Positions 35,001 to 46,871 of a stretch of 64,000 nucleotides of DNA are shown piece after piece. Each line of letters starts with the position of its first letter. Positions within the stretch are counted from its first letter, which is position 1. The stretch is taken from assembly GCA_000708835.1 (NCBI GenBank), contig DF237098.1, positions 86,312-150,311 on the forward strand, written 5' to 3'. A program made the translations under genes and the position numbers. Source of the DNA: Klebsormidium nitens (Eukaryota > Plantae > Klebsormidiophyceae). Under the pieces are notes generated by a model that saw only the letters and a program-made list of their open reading frames with translations, made no database searches and was not told the DNA's origin.

Positions 35001-38000
35001 GTTATGGAGCTCCGCCCCTTCAAGAATGTGCTGGTCGGTTCTCTTGGCAAGGCCGGCGTCACGCTCGCTAATGCGCACAAGCTGACGGTCGCCGTCGAAC
35101 TGGCCGCAAACCCGTCGACGCTTTTGATGGACGATCCTCTCTCCGGACTCGACTCGCGCTCGGCAGTGCATGTGCTGCACTGCATCAAGAACGCGGCGGT
35201 CGACTGCGGCCGAACCGTCGTCTGGTCAGTCAATTGAACTCTCTTTCGAATCTTTGCTAGGTTTCGGATCTCCGTTGTTTGTTCGTTGACTTTCTCCTGC
35301 TGTTCGTAAGTTTTCGTACTTCCTCTTTCGATTGTGAACGCCCGAAGCGTGCTCTACTGCACAAATGCGGCGGTCAATTGTGGTGGAACGGTCGTAGTTG
35401 CTTCAGCTTCCATTCCACCAGTTATCTTGGACTCGCTTGTATGATTCTGGACTTTCTTGTTTTCTGTTACATCCGACGCGCTTTCTGCTTTTTGACTGCC
35501 CTAACTTTTAGCCAAAGGAGGTTGGGCACTAAAGGTTTTTCTTATCTATCGTCAGATAGTGCATACTGTTTCGCGTAATCCTTACTGAATAACTGTGCAA
35601 AGTTCCCTTGCCTCCTCTCCTACAAAAGTAGCCGGCCTCTTTTCTTGATTCGCTGTCCTCACTTTAATAAAGCGCCATCCTTTAGGAAGGCGTTTGACAT
35701 GTGGGCTGCCAGGTGTCCATCCCCCCAATGTGCCGATTGCACGGCGTCCATCACCCAATCTGAGGCACGTGCTTTGCCTAACTCCGCTGACGTGCGCCGC
35801 TACGGAACGTTCTGACACCTGTCCCACAAATGCAGCGCAATCACCAGCCCGAGGCACAGTGCTCACAGTACTTGCGTGCTATCAGCTTAAAAGGGTTTGA
35901 ACTCTTAGGCCTTTTGTTGTGCTGGAACTCATTATGCTCACATCTGCAGGCTACGTCGCACATCCGATGAAGCGTGTGACTCGTCCGCTCGACTTGTCCT
36001 TCGCTAAGTCTGAAGAGACTGATTTCCGTGACGTGTCCCCTTCTCATTCGCAGCCCATCCGCAGCCAAGAGCATAAGGCCAGCGGGTCTTTGCCTTTTTT
36101 TCGAACGAAAGTATCTGACACGTGATTCTTTCTCACTCGCAATACCATGTCGCAGCCCAACACACGTGCCATGGGCGACAACTTTGCTGTCGCACGCGCA
36201 GACTTTGATTCTTGACGCTTGTTACTCTCTCATCCGCAGCACCGTTACGCAGCCCGGGGCACGTTGCCTGGGCGTCTTCGACGATCTGCTGCTCCTCAAC
36301 GCCGCGGGCGAGACGTGCTACTTCGGAGAACTTGGCTACCGGGGTCAAAAGCTCATCGTAAGCTTATTCACTCCCAAGTTTGTAGGAAGCTGGTAATGAA
36401 CTCAAGACTCTGTCGCTACTAAAATTGCTTAAATAGCCAAGCCTTTAACCGGGCAAGACAAACGAGAAACCCTACTCAGACTGCTTCAAGCGCTCCGCAA
36501 CCGAACCACTCCTTCCTCCGGAACTCACCCTACCCGCCCCTCTGGTGCGATGTTATCATTCATTACGTTCACTATACATAGATTCAGGACTTTTAAAATA
36601 TGGCGCTTGTACACATCGTGGAGGTTAGCAACGAAAGATATGGCGGCGTAGGACCCTTCGCGCATACCTTCACAGGGCGACAATCGAGCCGGCCACTTTG
36701 CATACTTGCCAGGACTAGAGTCGGAGTTCTTCCTTGTTCATGGACTGGAACACCTGATTCAAACGAACTGACCAACAAAGGGAAATCTCGAAACAAACAA
36801 ACACTCCTATGAATCTGCCGTCTTGCTTCATGGCAACACTAGTACCCCTCGTAGCGACCCGCATTCCAAGCTTACAAGCCGGAAACCCTAAGAACGATTG
36901 TGTGTTGACCAGACACAGGGTCTTTTGCACCGTGGTCGATCGTATTTGGAGGCGATGCATAGAACCCCTTACATCGACTCGACCCTGACGTGTTCCGACC
37001 ATGTAAAGTTCGTGACCTTCTGTCGCAATCCATACTGTTGATTGCAGATTGAGGGTTGAACCTGCTTGTGGTAATTTTCAAAAACCATTGGTACCAAACA
37101 CACACTCTTGAATTTTCACAGTCTTATTTCGAGGCAATTCCCGGGACCCCTCGCATCGACCGTGACGTCAACCCGGCCACATATGTGCTGGTCACTTGGA
37201 TAGTGTCAATCGAATTTCAGCGAGCAGACGTGAAATTCATACCTTCACACCAAAGAGTCTTAACCTACATTTTGCAGTCTTACTTTGAAGGGATCCCCGG
37301 GACCCCTCGCATCGACCGGGACGTCATTCCGGCCACATATCCGCTGGCCTTATCGTTGGTGTTGATTAGTTCTAGAGGGCAGAATGTCCATCCCAAACGC
37401 TCTTAATGTTTCTTTGCAGTCTTACTTCGAGGGGATCCCTGGAACCCCACGTATCGACCGTGACGTCAACCCGGCCACTTATGCGTTGGGCGTCACTGGA
37501 GCAGGAATTGACCCGAGCAGGACCGGTGGAAACCATACGTTCCGAGACTACGCGTTTGAGTACAGAGTCAGGTGACGACCTTTTGACTTGTGCATCGAAG
37601 TTCTGGAGTTTCAGTGTCTTGAGGGCATACCATAAGCCAGCCGAGTTGCCGTGCGGGTAAAGACGAAGGGAGCAGGGGCACATGCGATACATACGTGATA
37701 GGGTCTGAGTTCGTTGATCTCCTTCAACCCTTCCTGATTCAGTATCCCCGACTCCCCGACTGTTGTTCTCAGAACTCCGTCCATCGGTAAAGGAGAGCGG
37801 TTTTGTTGTTGTCCTTTTCTTGCACGCCTCCTGTGCGCGCAAAAGCAGAGACAAATAGCTTGTTAAAGTGTGACTGTGCTTCATTTGTAGATCTGGAACT
37901 AACGAAGTTGTTCTGACTATCTTTTAAGTTCCTTGAAGCGCTTTCTTTCAGCGACCCCGGCTTTCGCCAGGTCTCTGAGGTCGTCTTTGAAATGACCTCT

Positions 38001-41000
38001 TTGTGAATGTGTTGTTGCCCTCGGAAACATTTCCTTCCGCTTTCTACGTACCTGCGTGTTGTGTTCGACGAGACGTTTCGACTTTTCCTGTGCACTTTTT
38101 ATCACTTTTGTCAGTGGCTTATCCTCTGACCCATCTCCTATCCCCCCTCAGCGACCTGGCCTTCAGCCAAGTGGGCGAAATCGAGTCGCTCCGCCGCGGG
38201 AAGGGCAAGCTGGGCGACGAGCCATCGCTTATGGGCCCGGCGGCGCCTTATGCCCGGCAGTTCTGGGAGATAGTCCTCCGTATGCAGCGCTACCACTACC
38301 GCAACCTGCACTACAGCTGGGCACGTGTCATGTCGTCCGTGATCCTCGGCCTCATATTGGGGTCCATCTTCTTGAACATAAGCTATCATACGACGCCGGG
38401 CATGCAGGTGCGTATGACTGCAGTGACTCGTGCACTTTCTCTTCTCGTGTCTCGTTTCTACTACTTGGCTTCCCATGAGAAGTCAACCGAAGTTACTGGC
38501 AACTTCAGTCCCGCCTGTCGATGTATTGTCAGTGTTATGAAACCCTGAATACTTCCTGAACCGTTCTTCGAATCCATCGAACGGCTCTCTTTGCAGGCAC
38601 GTGCCGGTTGCATCTTTGTTACTCTGGTCATTAACGCAGGCCCAAGCTGATTGCGGCATTTTCCAAATTGCCACCACCGCATAACCCCAGACATTTACTC
38701 GGTTATAATCGGGTATTGTGCTGACATGTGGCGGGTTTCCTTTTCATCATCCTGGTGAATAATTCGTTGCGCGCCCACTGTTCACCAAGATTTACTTTCC
38801 CTATCGCAGAGCGTTTCCAACCGCTTCTTGTCTGATCAAACGGGTCTTGTGATCACAACGATGAACCCGCCACTTGACCTGCACCGCAGCAGAAAAGACG
38901 ATCTGTCCCCCATTGCCAAGTACCAACCGTTCTTCGGCTGATCAAGTGGCTCCTGTGCAGGCACGTTGCGGGTTCGTCTTTGTAATCTTATTTTTGACGA
39001 GGTTGGCGACGCCGAAAATGCGGCAAAAGACACAATCAGCACACCGTCTCGAAATAACGACTGTTTCTCTGCGGCTGATCGAACGGCTCCCGTGCAGGCA
39101 CGTGGCGGATTCGTGTTCATCATCCTGGTGATCAACGCGGTGGGCAACGCCCAAAACGCGGCGGGGCAGGTTCTGAGCCAGAGACCCGTGCATAGGCGGG
39201 AGGTCGGGAACGGGATGTACACTTTTGCGTTTGCAAACGTGGCGTGGGCGCTTGCTGAGGTACGTGGGTTATAAACTTGGGTTAAGGGTCCGTGAGAAGA
39301 GGGTTTTGGGTTTATGGGCTCGGTCAGAGACCCGTTGCATAGGCGGGAGGTCGCGAAAAGGCATTTACACGTTCGCGTTCGCAAACGTGGCGTGGGCGCT
39401 CGCTGAGGTACGTGGGTCATGAACTTTAGTTAAGGGTTCAACCCACCCCATTCTCATCCCGAGAAGATAGGGTTTTGCGTTCTCGGGTTTTGGTCAGTAC
39501 TCGTGCTTAAGTGGGAGGTCGGGAACGGTATGCACACTTTCGCGTTCGCAAACGTGGCTTGGGCGCTCGCTGAGGTACGTAAAGCTGAAACTTAGAGGCG
39601 TGAAAACTTTTCTGTCCGTGGTTTTTCTAGGCTTTCGGGGTTCCATTGGATCTCTGGGTCTCAGGTCAGCGGCGTAGAGAAAGGAGAGGACATCGAAACA
39701 GGGTTTGGAAACGGCATCTATAATTTCCGTTCGATCGCAAATGTGGGTGGGCGCTCGCTGGGGTACGTGATCTATGGATTTTAGTCACTTGTCGGTCGTT
39801 GTTTTGGGGTTTGGATTTGAGGGTGTCGTCAGCGATTTCGACAGAAGCGGGAGGACATATGCGGGAGGTCAGGAACGGCATGTAAAGTTTGCGTTCGCAG
39901 AATTGCGTGGGCGCTCGCTGAGGAACGTGAACTGTGGGAGTCAAAATGTCGAAAGCTAAGGATCCGTAACCGCAATTTTGCTGGTATTGTTATTAAAGTG
40001 TATGGTCAGCGGCTCGTGAAACAATGAGAGGTCAAGAAACGCATGTCGATTTTTGTCTCCGTTTGTAAACGGGGAGTGGGCGCTCATCAATGTGATACGT
40101 AAAGATCAGGGTCCGTCTTTCTTCAGTTTCCAGGGGTTTTTTAGATTACTGGGTTCCTCCAAGTTTTGATTTATGCTCTAAACCGCTAAAGCAAACTGTT
40201 AAGCGCTATTGCTCGGTCCGTGCAGGTCCCGTATCTCGCCATATCGACGCTCGTTTTCTGCAGCATTGCATGCACGATGGCCAATATCGTGACGGGGTCT
40301 TTTGGGACGTTCCTCCAATTCTGGTTCACGCTCTATATGTTCTGTCTCGCTGTCACCTACTTCGGAATGCTCGTCGCGGCTGTCAGCCCCACTCCCGTGG
40401 TGAGTCCAAGTTGGCAAATACTAAAGTTCGTTATCGTCAGATATGTATCTTCTTTTGTTTGCTGGGTTCTTTTGTGATTTTCAGAGGTCTGCATGTTCTG
40501 TCGCGCAATCAGCCTCTTCGGAATGATCTTCGCGGCAGTCAGCCCACTCCCGCGGTAAGCTCAGGTTGTAATCCTCATAATCGTTATCGTAAGAAATGTT
40601 TTTTTGTCTGTTTGCTGGGCTTTTTACGATTCTTCAGAGATGGAGAGGTCTGCATATCTTGCCTCGCCGNNNNNNNNNNNNNNNNNNNNNNNNNNNNNNN
40701 NNNNNNNNNNNNNNNNNNNNNNNNNNNNNNNNNNNNNNNNNNNNNNNNNNNNNNNNNNNNNNNNNNNNNNNNNNNNNNNNNNNNNNNNNNNNNNNNNNNN
40801 NNNNNNNNNNNNNNNNNNNNNNNNNNNNNNNNNNNNNNNNNNNNNNNNNNNNNNNNNNNNNNNNNNNNNNNNNNNNNNNNNNNNNNNNNNNNNNNNNNNN
40901 NNNNNNNNNNNNNNNNNNNNNNNNNNNNNNNNNNNNNNNNNNNNNNNNNNNNNNNNNNNNNNNNNNNNNNNNNNNNNNNNNNNNNNNNNNNNNNNNNNNN

Positions 41001-44000
41001 NNNNNNNNNNNNNNNNNNNNNNNNNNNNNNNNNNNNNNNNNNNNNNNNNNNNNNNNNNNNNNNNNNNNNNNNNNNNNNNNNNNNNNNNNNNNNNNNNNNN
41101 NNNNNNNNNNNNNNNNNNNNNNNNNNNNNNNNNNNNNNNNNNNNNNNNNNNNNNNNNNNNNNNNNNNNNNNNNNNNNNNNNNNNNNNNNNNNNNNNNNNN
41201 NNNNNNNNNNNNNNNNNNNNNNNNNNNNNNNNNNNNNNNNNNNNNNNNNNNNNNNNNNNNNNNNNNNNNNNNNNNNNNNNNNNNNNNNNNNNNNNNNNNN
41301 NNNNNNNNNNNNNNNNNNNNNNNNNNNNNNNNNNNNNNNNNNNNNNNNNNNNNNNNNNNNNNNNNNNNNNNNNNNNNNNNNTGTCAGCCCCACGCCCGTG
41401 GAAAGTGAGCGGTTAAGACTTTCAATGATGCCAGACTCCTGGCTCGGTTTCCCATTTTTGCTGTTTTTTGCGCCGAATCTATGATCACGTGTAACGGTCT
41501 GCATGTTCTGCGTCGCCGTCCCCTCTTTGGAATGCTCGTCACGACCCACGCCCGTGTAAAGTTGACTTATGAACTTCGCAATCATTGATTTTTCTGTCAT
41601 TTTGGCCCTGTTTCTTCACTCTCATCGTAATACTTATGATCGGGTGTAACGTTCTACTGCGATTCGTGTTTCTCTGTTCCGTGTTGCGTCAGAACAGCTC
41701 GTCGCGACAGCCAGCCCCACTCTTGTGGCTGTTGGGCACTTCTTTGTTCCCAATCGCTCAGCAAATCAGTTCTCTTTGGTTTTATCAGCGTCATGCTTAT
41801 CAGCCGATTCGCTCCACATGTTTTGACTCGCCCTCACCTTCTTCCAAATGCTTGAGGCCGCAGCCAGCCCTACTCACTTGGAAACCTACCTCGTGGTAAT
41901 TTGTATTTTTGAGGGACGGCCAACTATTATTTTTGGCTGTCATGTTCCGTCATGATTTACGATGTACGTCTACCTTCTCAGCATGATTTCAAAAGGCAAG
42001 CCCCGTCCTGCGGCAAGGGCAGTTTTCCAGGTCATTACGCCTTTTCATCCCGGATCTGATTATAACCATGAGGTTCCGCCAGCTTCTTTGTACGCTTGAT
42101 GATTGTGCCTCGTTCTCTCCATCAACTCGAAAACCTTGATTCTGCCCATCCAAACCCTGAAAAAGCAGGTCCTTCACAAATACCTCTCCTGCGGAATTGG
42201 GCTCTTCAACTTTCATGTATTGGGCCTCATAAGCGTGACCTTCCGTGTCCTTGTGGATCGCGAATCTCAAATCACCTTGAAGACCTGTAAGACCATAAAG
42301 ACAAACCGAATCAAAAGCCCGGGTTATGCTTTCGTTGCAGCATTCTTCGGTTATCGTAACCTGCATTACAAGCATGTGGATAGCCACAGCCGGGCTGGTC
42401 CTGCCACGTGTTCTCATCCCCGACGGTGAGGCACCCGCTTACGCTAACCCATTTTCAACCGAATTTGAAGACAAAGCCCGAACCATGGTCCGTGAAACTT
42501 CTTCACACTTTCCGTCTAGGCACCGTTCCGGCAGAGACACCTGCCGTTTCTTACTTTGTCAGACACCTGCCGTTTCTTTGGATTGAATGAGTGGAGTTTT
42601 GAGACTCTACGAGCTCATAAACGGAAAAGAAGGCTGCTAAAATCAATTTCGTTCAGCAGTCGAAAAAGTCCGTATTCGGCGTGTTCTTAGGAGAGATAGA
42701 CTCTTTAAGGTCCTGACGAGGCTTTTGATCACCGGGGTTTCCAATGCACAATCTCGGCCGATTGGGATTGTAGCAAAACGGTCACCCTTGTTGCCGACGA
42801 CTACGAGGTAATGGACCCTTTTCAAGCGTTCCTTATGCAGAAGCCTTCGCTTGTAAGAACATACTTCTCTGCAAATACCTTGATGGAAATGAGATTTTGG
42901 ACGCAAAGGGCGGCGCTCTTGTCAAACGTTTCTTGTGCGAAATGCAAGCGGCACATGTTTAGAGTAATCACCGCAAAAGCTTGCTCACCTTGCATCCGTC
43001 CTGCTATGTGCAGTCTACATCTGGGTCTACTGGACCAAGTAAGCTCACGCTCTTTTCTCCTCAAAAGCGCATAACTTCGCTAACCGCCCTACATGCAGCC
43101 AATCTCGGCTCAATTCTAAATGGCGTCTCGCTTTCCGTTCTGCGCCTTTCGTATGAACGGCCACACATCTATGTTCAAATCAGTACGTTCGACCCGGAAA
43201 GAGCATGCTCTTTCATTTGCTTCCTATGCTGCTTGCTTCTAGCTCCTCACGTTCTGACGTCATCGTTTGCCACGTGTACGGCAGCCCCTTCCAGTACGCT
43301 CTTCAAGGCATGACGTCAGTGGCCTTCTTTTGTGACACCACAACCGCGGCGTGCTCTGCACCAGGTGCGCCGCTTTTTTTCGCAGGGGGGTGCCCATTCT
43401 GACTGCAAGTTGGGGTGTCTTTTTCCCCCCCGAAACAGTTGCGTTTGCTTAGTGTAAGTGTATTGAACAGCTGACTGGTTAACTCAGGATGCGCAGACTA
43501 CCGACGATTCTGTGCCCGACGGCTAACCCCTTCCTTCAGACGAAACGACTGACTGGTTTCAGAGCTTATGTCGTGATTGAGAGTCACAAATGCAAGGTCC
43601 TGCCTCTTTTCCCCGTTCCTTTTAACTCCCCTCCCTGAATCCCCAATAGGCGCCGTTTTGATGCTCCTTTGTATTCCTTTGCTTTTGGCTCAGGAGGTGA
43701 CGTTTCGCGTGCTGTTATAGACCAGGCCGAGTTTCGGCAAGCTGCTCAGAAACGAACTCTGATTCCAGTATGCTGCTGCATGAAATGCTCTTATTTGTCC
43801 ATTTCTCGAGCCATACTCGTAATGATACTCTATAATGGACCGACGAGCGACCGTGTTCACTGTGCGACGCACCAAGACTCCAATGTATCTCCACGGACTG
43901 ATCAATCAGCTCCGTCTAGGACGACTAAGCTAGCTGCCTCGATGCCACAAGGAACAGAAGAAGATGACTGCTTTTGAATCTTGCGAATCTTTCCGACCCG

Positions 44001-44486
44001 TGGCTCGCCTCAGTGCCCAGTAATCAAGCAACGCACGAAGGCTTTCGCTTTCTTCGCCGCACCATTCTCTTAGCTCCGTTAAGGATGATACCCTGCTTCG
44101 GCAACCCCCATACGGGGCGACAGGAGAGTCACCCCCTTTCGCCCAACAATCTCTTTGACCTGTGCTCCTTTTCGGTCTACAGGAGCGCTGAATTTGCACC
44201 TTCGACACAGACCCTCTCCGTGACAGTAAGCGATCGCAATTTGCGATATCACCGTCTCATTTTCCAATCCTTTGCTTGTTCAGGTTGCGCCACGCGTTCG
44301 TGCCCCGGTTGCGACTGCACCCGCCTCTCGGACAACCCGAGTTTCGTGTGGACCGCTTTGAAGAGCCAGCGCAATCTGCACGAAGGCCAGGCCAAATGGG
44401 ACATCTTCTACCTGTTCCTCTTCTGCGTTGCGTTCCGGTTACTGACGTGGGTCGCGCTCAAGACGCTCAAGCACAACAGAGCATAA
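20093..44486 (+). CDS. ABCG: Full-size ABCG (PDR-type, NBD-TMD-NBD-TMD) transporter with a PDZ-like insertion and degenerate ATPase motifs
   Basis: Exons: 20093-20434, 21007-21189, 22436-22513, 22923-23117, 23978-24249, 24935-25270, 25729-26203, 27188-27328, 28544-28798, 29700-29874, 30426-30495, 30843-31049, 31465-31681, 32927-33130, 33945-34145, 34992-35224, 36240-36357, 37420-37571, 38152-38407, 39098-39259, 40226-40399, 42341-42425, 43014-43038, 43285-43364, 44284-44486 (TAA). Phases are consistent. PDR hallmarks: GGPGSGKS, EFLQEVTS, IPDWWIWAYWMDP, AKPGRLLALM, TVREAIQFSARLRL, KLTVAVELAANP, YFEGIPGTPRI..NPATY. An exon hidden in the N gap cannot be excluded. Confidence 0.93.
25910..26195 (+). 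other. PDZ-like domain inside ABCG exon 7
   Basis: HVLSVKAPKPLGLNLL...PAIARIE...GAVKEGDVITAVS...VEELEARLHEAADPVRLQLER matches the PDZ pattern: K-x-LGL loop, G-x3-GD-x-I-x2-V, helix B, V-x-L-x-L-x-R. Confidence 0.75.
26735..26995. repeat. Degenerate tandem repeat (about 65 bp x4) in ABCG intron 7
   Basis: Recurring TTCC..G(A/G)CA(A/G)CGGCA(A/G)A core at roughly 65-bp spacing. Confidence 0.55.
27070..27143. repeat. Minisatellite, 19-20 bp x about 3.8
   Basis: CCTTAAAA(A)GCCTTATACAC in tandem, just upstream of the exon 8 acceptor. Confidence 0.92.
27870..28600 (+). repeat. Tandem echoes of the ABCG exon 9 acceptor plus 5' end
   Basis: CAG|A(T/G)CACGTTC..GTGGGGACCATCTTCTGGCAACT at 28202, 28371 and 28544 (true). 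More decayed copies near 27875 and 28040. Confidence 0.88.
29001..29176. repeat. Minisatellite with a 15-bp subunit and 60-bp higher-order period in ABCG intron 9
   Basis: CCACAGAAA(A/G)CTC subunits; TGTTGGGTT recurs at 29032, 29092 and 29152. Confidence 0.85.
29790..30200 (+). repeat. Echoes of the ABCG exon 10 3' end plus donor
   Basis: GCAGCCTTGCAAG|GT ends at 29874 (true), 30026 and 30194. Confidence 0.9.
32430..33260 (+). repeat. Acceptor and donor echoes around ABCG exon 14
   Basis: Acceptor copies at 32436, 32578 and 32753 precede the true start at 32927. TGCTGGAAAGATG-type donor copies end near 33190 and 33251. Confidence 0.85.
33770..34920 (+). repeat. Echoes around ABCG exons 15 and 16
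   Basis: 5' copy of exon 15 at 33770-33890. Donor copies (AGGGAGGCGTTC..TGACCAG|GT) end near 34338 and 34471. 5' copy of exon 16 at about 34814-34920. Confidence 0.85.
37122..37490 (+). repeat. Echoes of the ABCG exon 18 acceptor plus 5' end
   Basis: CAG|TCTTA(C/T)TT.GA..CC.GG.ACCCC.CG.ATCGACCG at 37122, 37278 and 37420 (true). Confidence 0.92.
38590..39930 (+). repeat. Acceptor and donor echoes around ABCG exon 20
   Basis: TGCAG|GCACGT copies near 38598 and 38960 precede the true start at 39098. GGGCGCT(T/C)GCTG(A/G)G|G(T/A)ACGT ends at 39259 (true), 39407, 39574, 39762 and 39922. Confidence 0.9.
40330..41890 (+). repeat. Donor echoes of ABCG exon 21, interrupted by the assembly gap
   Basis: CAGCCC(C)AC.CCCG.G-type ends at 40399 (true), about 40553, 41400, 41556, and more decayed copies near 41720 and 41870. 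Confidence 0.82.
40670..41381. other. Assembly gap (712 N)
   Basis: Run of N inside ABCG intron 21. Confidence 1.
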
Positions 44487-46871
44487 GCTATTACAAGCTC
44501 GCCAGCTTTGGTTCAACATTCCATCTTATGGATTGCGTCGGTGGGGTCTAAATGCAATATAGCTAGTCAAGAGGTCATTTGATCGGAACGCCAGTCGTGA
44601 GTTGAAGACCGGACAAGCATGCTCTACCCGAATCGCGGCATTTGTAGATGTCAATTGCAGGACATTTTCACAGATTGGAGGAACTCTGGTAAAGTAAAAC
44701 CCGCACTCTCCACGTGATTACACTCCTTGAAGCAGATAGCTATGCGCGCGGAAGTGCGAACCTCGACAATCAAAGCATTCAATGATTGTCGTCACTAGCA
44801 TCAAACAACGGTGCGTAAAGTGCCAGCTAGCCTGAAGCACGTGTGGAGTTAGATTGATTGCTGGGCTGTCTGTATGTTCAGCTTCGTGGCGAAGCGCAAC
44901 GCAGGCGCTCAAAGAGTTGAACTGACAGTGGATGCTTTAGAAGATCCACATCGGTAAAGGGTATATCCAGCGGCAACCGGTATGACGTTAGTCGATTTGT
45001 TTTGTCAAGCAATCAAAGCTCGAAGCCCCATGCATGCCCGATGCAGATTATGATAATCATGCCGCCCAGTACCGGGCCGGCATCGTGGCATAAAGCCAGC
45101 CAGAGCCATGACCTAGATCGTTCAGCGTCTGGCTCAGTGGAAGCGTCACCATTCAATGACGTGAAGGGGAATACGAACGTTGAATATGCAGTGTGCCGCC
45201 AACGTAATCAATGGAGAGTATATATGCGCGTACGTCTTGCCGTCTGGCCGTCCGGTCCTTCAATTGCCAATTTGTGACGTACGTACCGCCAGTCTGGCTC
45301 GATATTGGTAAGACCTGCTCTCAATGCCCACCGCAGACCAAGCCGCAGACGCGCCGCCGCGTCGTTCTATTATCTATAGGGCATCGGCCGATTGCATCAT
45401 TTTTAAAAGCCATATATTGGTTGCTTTAGTGCGCGGCGAGTTTAGGTGGGTCGATTGGTTTAATTTGAGCCTGTCATTCAGTATTTGCCCTCGAAGGCAA
45501 TGCGGTGGCCAGCAGCTGATCGATAGTCAACGCTAGTCAGATAGTCGGATTTCATTCTCTAAGCATGCTTTCACTGAGTCAAGGTTATTGAATCTATTTG
45601 GGTGACTGTTTGTATGCCGTAGAGGTAGGATCCTAGGAAATTAGACGCGACCGTCTCACTTGCCGCGCAGCAGTAGCAAGCTGGAGTTGAAGTCAACTCA
45701 TCAAACCATACGGTCCGATCCCAGTCTCACCGGCAGACTGCATGTCTCCACTGGTGCCCGACTTATGACGTGGCCGCCTCGTCGGAAGGGCGTTAATAAA
45801 CTAACCGTACTAAGGTTACCAATGATCCGTCCGCCCCAGGCTTTCACTGAATTGATTGATACGCTTTGGGGAGGCTTTGATTCTTAGGAAAGTGTCGGGC
45901 CATCTAGGCATGCATGATATCACTCTGTATAACTCAACTAACGGTTAATACATTGATGTACGTACTAAATTAGCGATCCGCCATGACATGAAGCTAGTCA
46001 AACTGTGACAGCATGCCACTGAGTTTGCCGTTTCCAATCACTTCATTTCGAACTGAACGAGCTATATAATTGATATATAGTAGCTGACCCTCGATCTGAC
46101 AGATCGATGTGCAGGATTCAAGCGACTTCAGTGAGCTTCATATCTGACAGTCGATCTCTGCCGGCCGGGCCGCCGAGACCGCACAGATCGGCACATAGGA
46201 CGGCCGGCGGCCCCGCTTGCCACAGCCCCGAATGCACGGTCGTGACGGTACGTTGCACTTAAATCCGACGTGGAAGCTCATGGGCAATTCCCAACTTGCA
46301 TATGTCAGTTGCAACTGGGGATCTCAACTTGCGTTTCAGTGTGCAGCGCGCCCGCGACTGCCGCGCACCTATAGAGAACTTAACAGTGCTTGGGCCCAGG
46401 CTTGCGCACACTATGCGCCTATACGACGAGAATGAAAAAGTAGCACTAGGCCGGTGCCCTCAATTCGACCTCGGTGCCTAATCTGCTGCGCATCAGTGCC
46501 AGTTTACGCCGGCAATGATAGCATATCGTATAGCACATCGCGCTTTGGGTACTACCCAAAGCGCATTCACATCTAACATCGTTTCAAGGTTTGAGCCGCC
46601 TTGGAAGTCCGTCATAGATGATGAAAATGATATCGGGCGGTTAGATCGAGCTTAGACCAACCGGCCATGTTTCACGTTTCAACACGGCTGAAACCAGGCG
46701 CTTGCCTGCCCACGTGACTTGACGCTGGCAATGTACGACCCATACACGCTGCGAAAAGCAATGCTACACCTAAGCAAGCATCAAAAGCAACTTCTACCTA
46801 CTAAAAATGGCCCAAGCTTTGGGTCTAGACTTGCGCTTGTCGCAAGCAATTGCCTTTACTTTAGCACGCTC

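Noticed and set aside
40270-41600. Long ORFs of 270-404 aa in the ORF track
   Set aside because: Artefacts of translating through the N gap.
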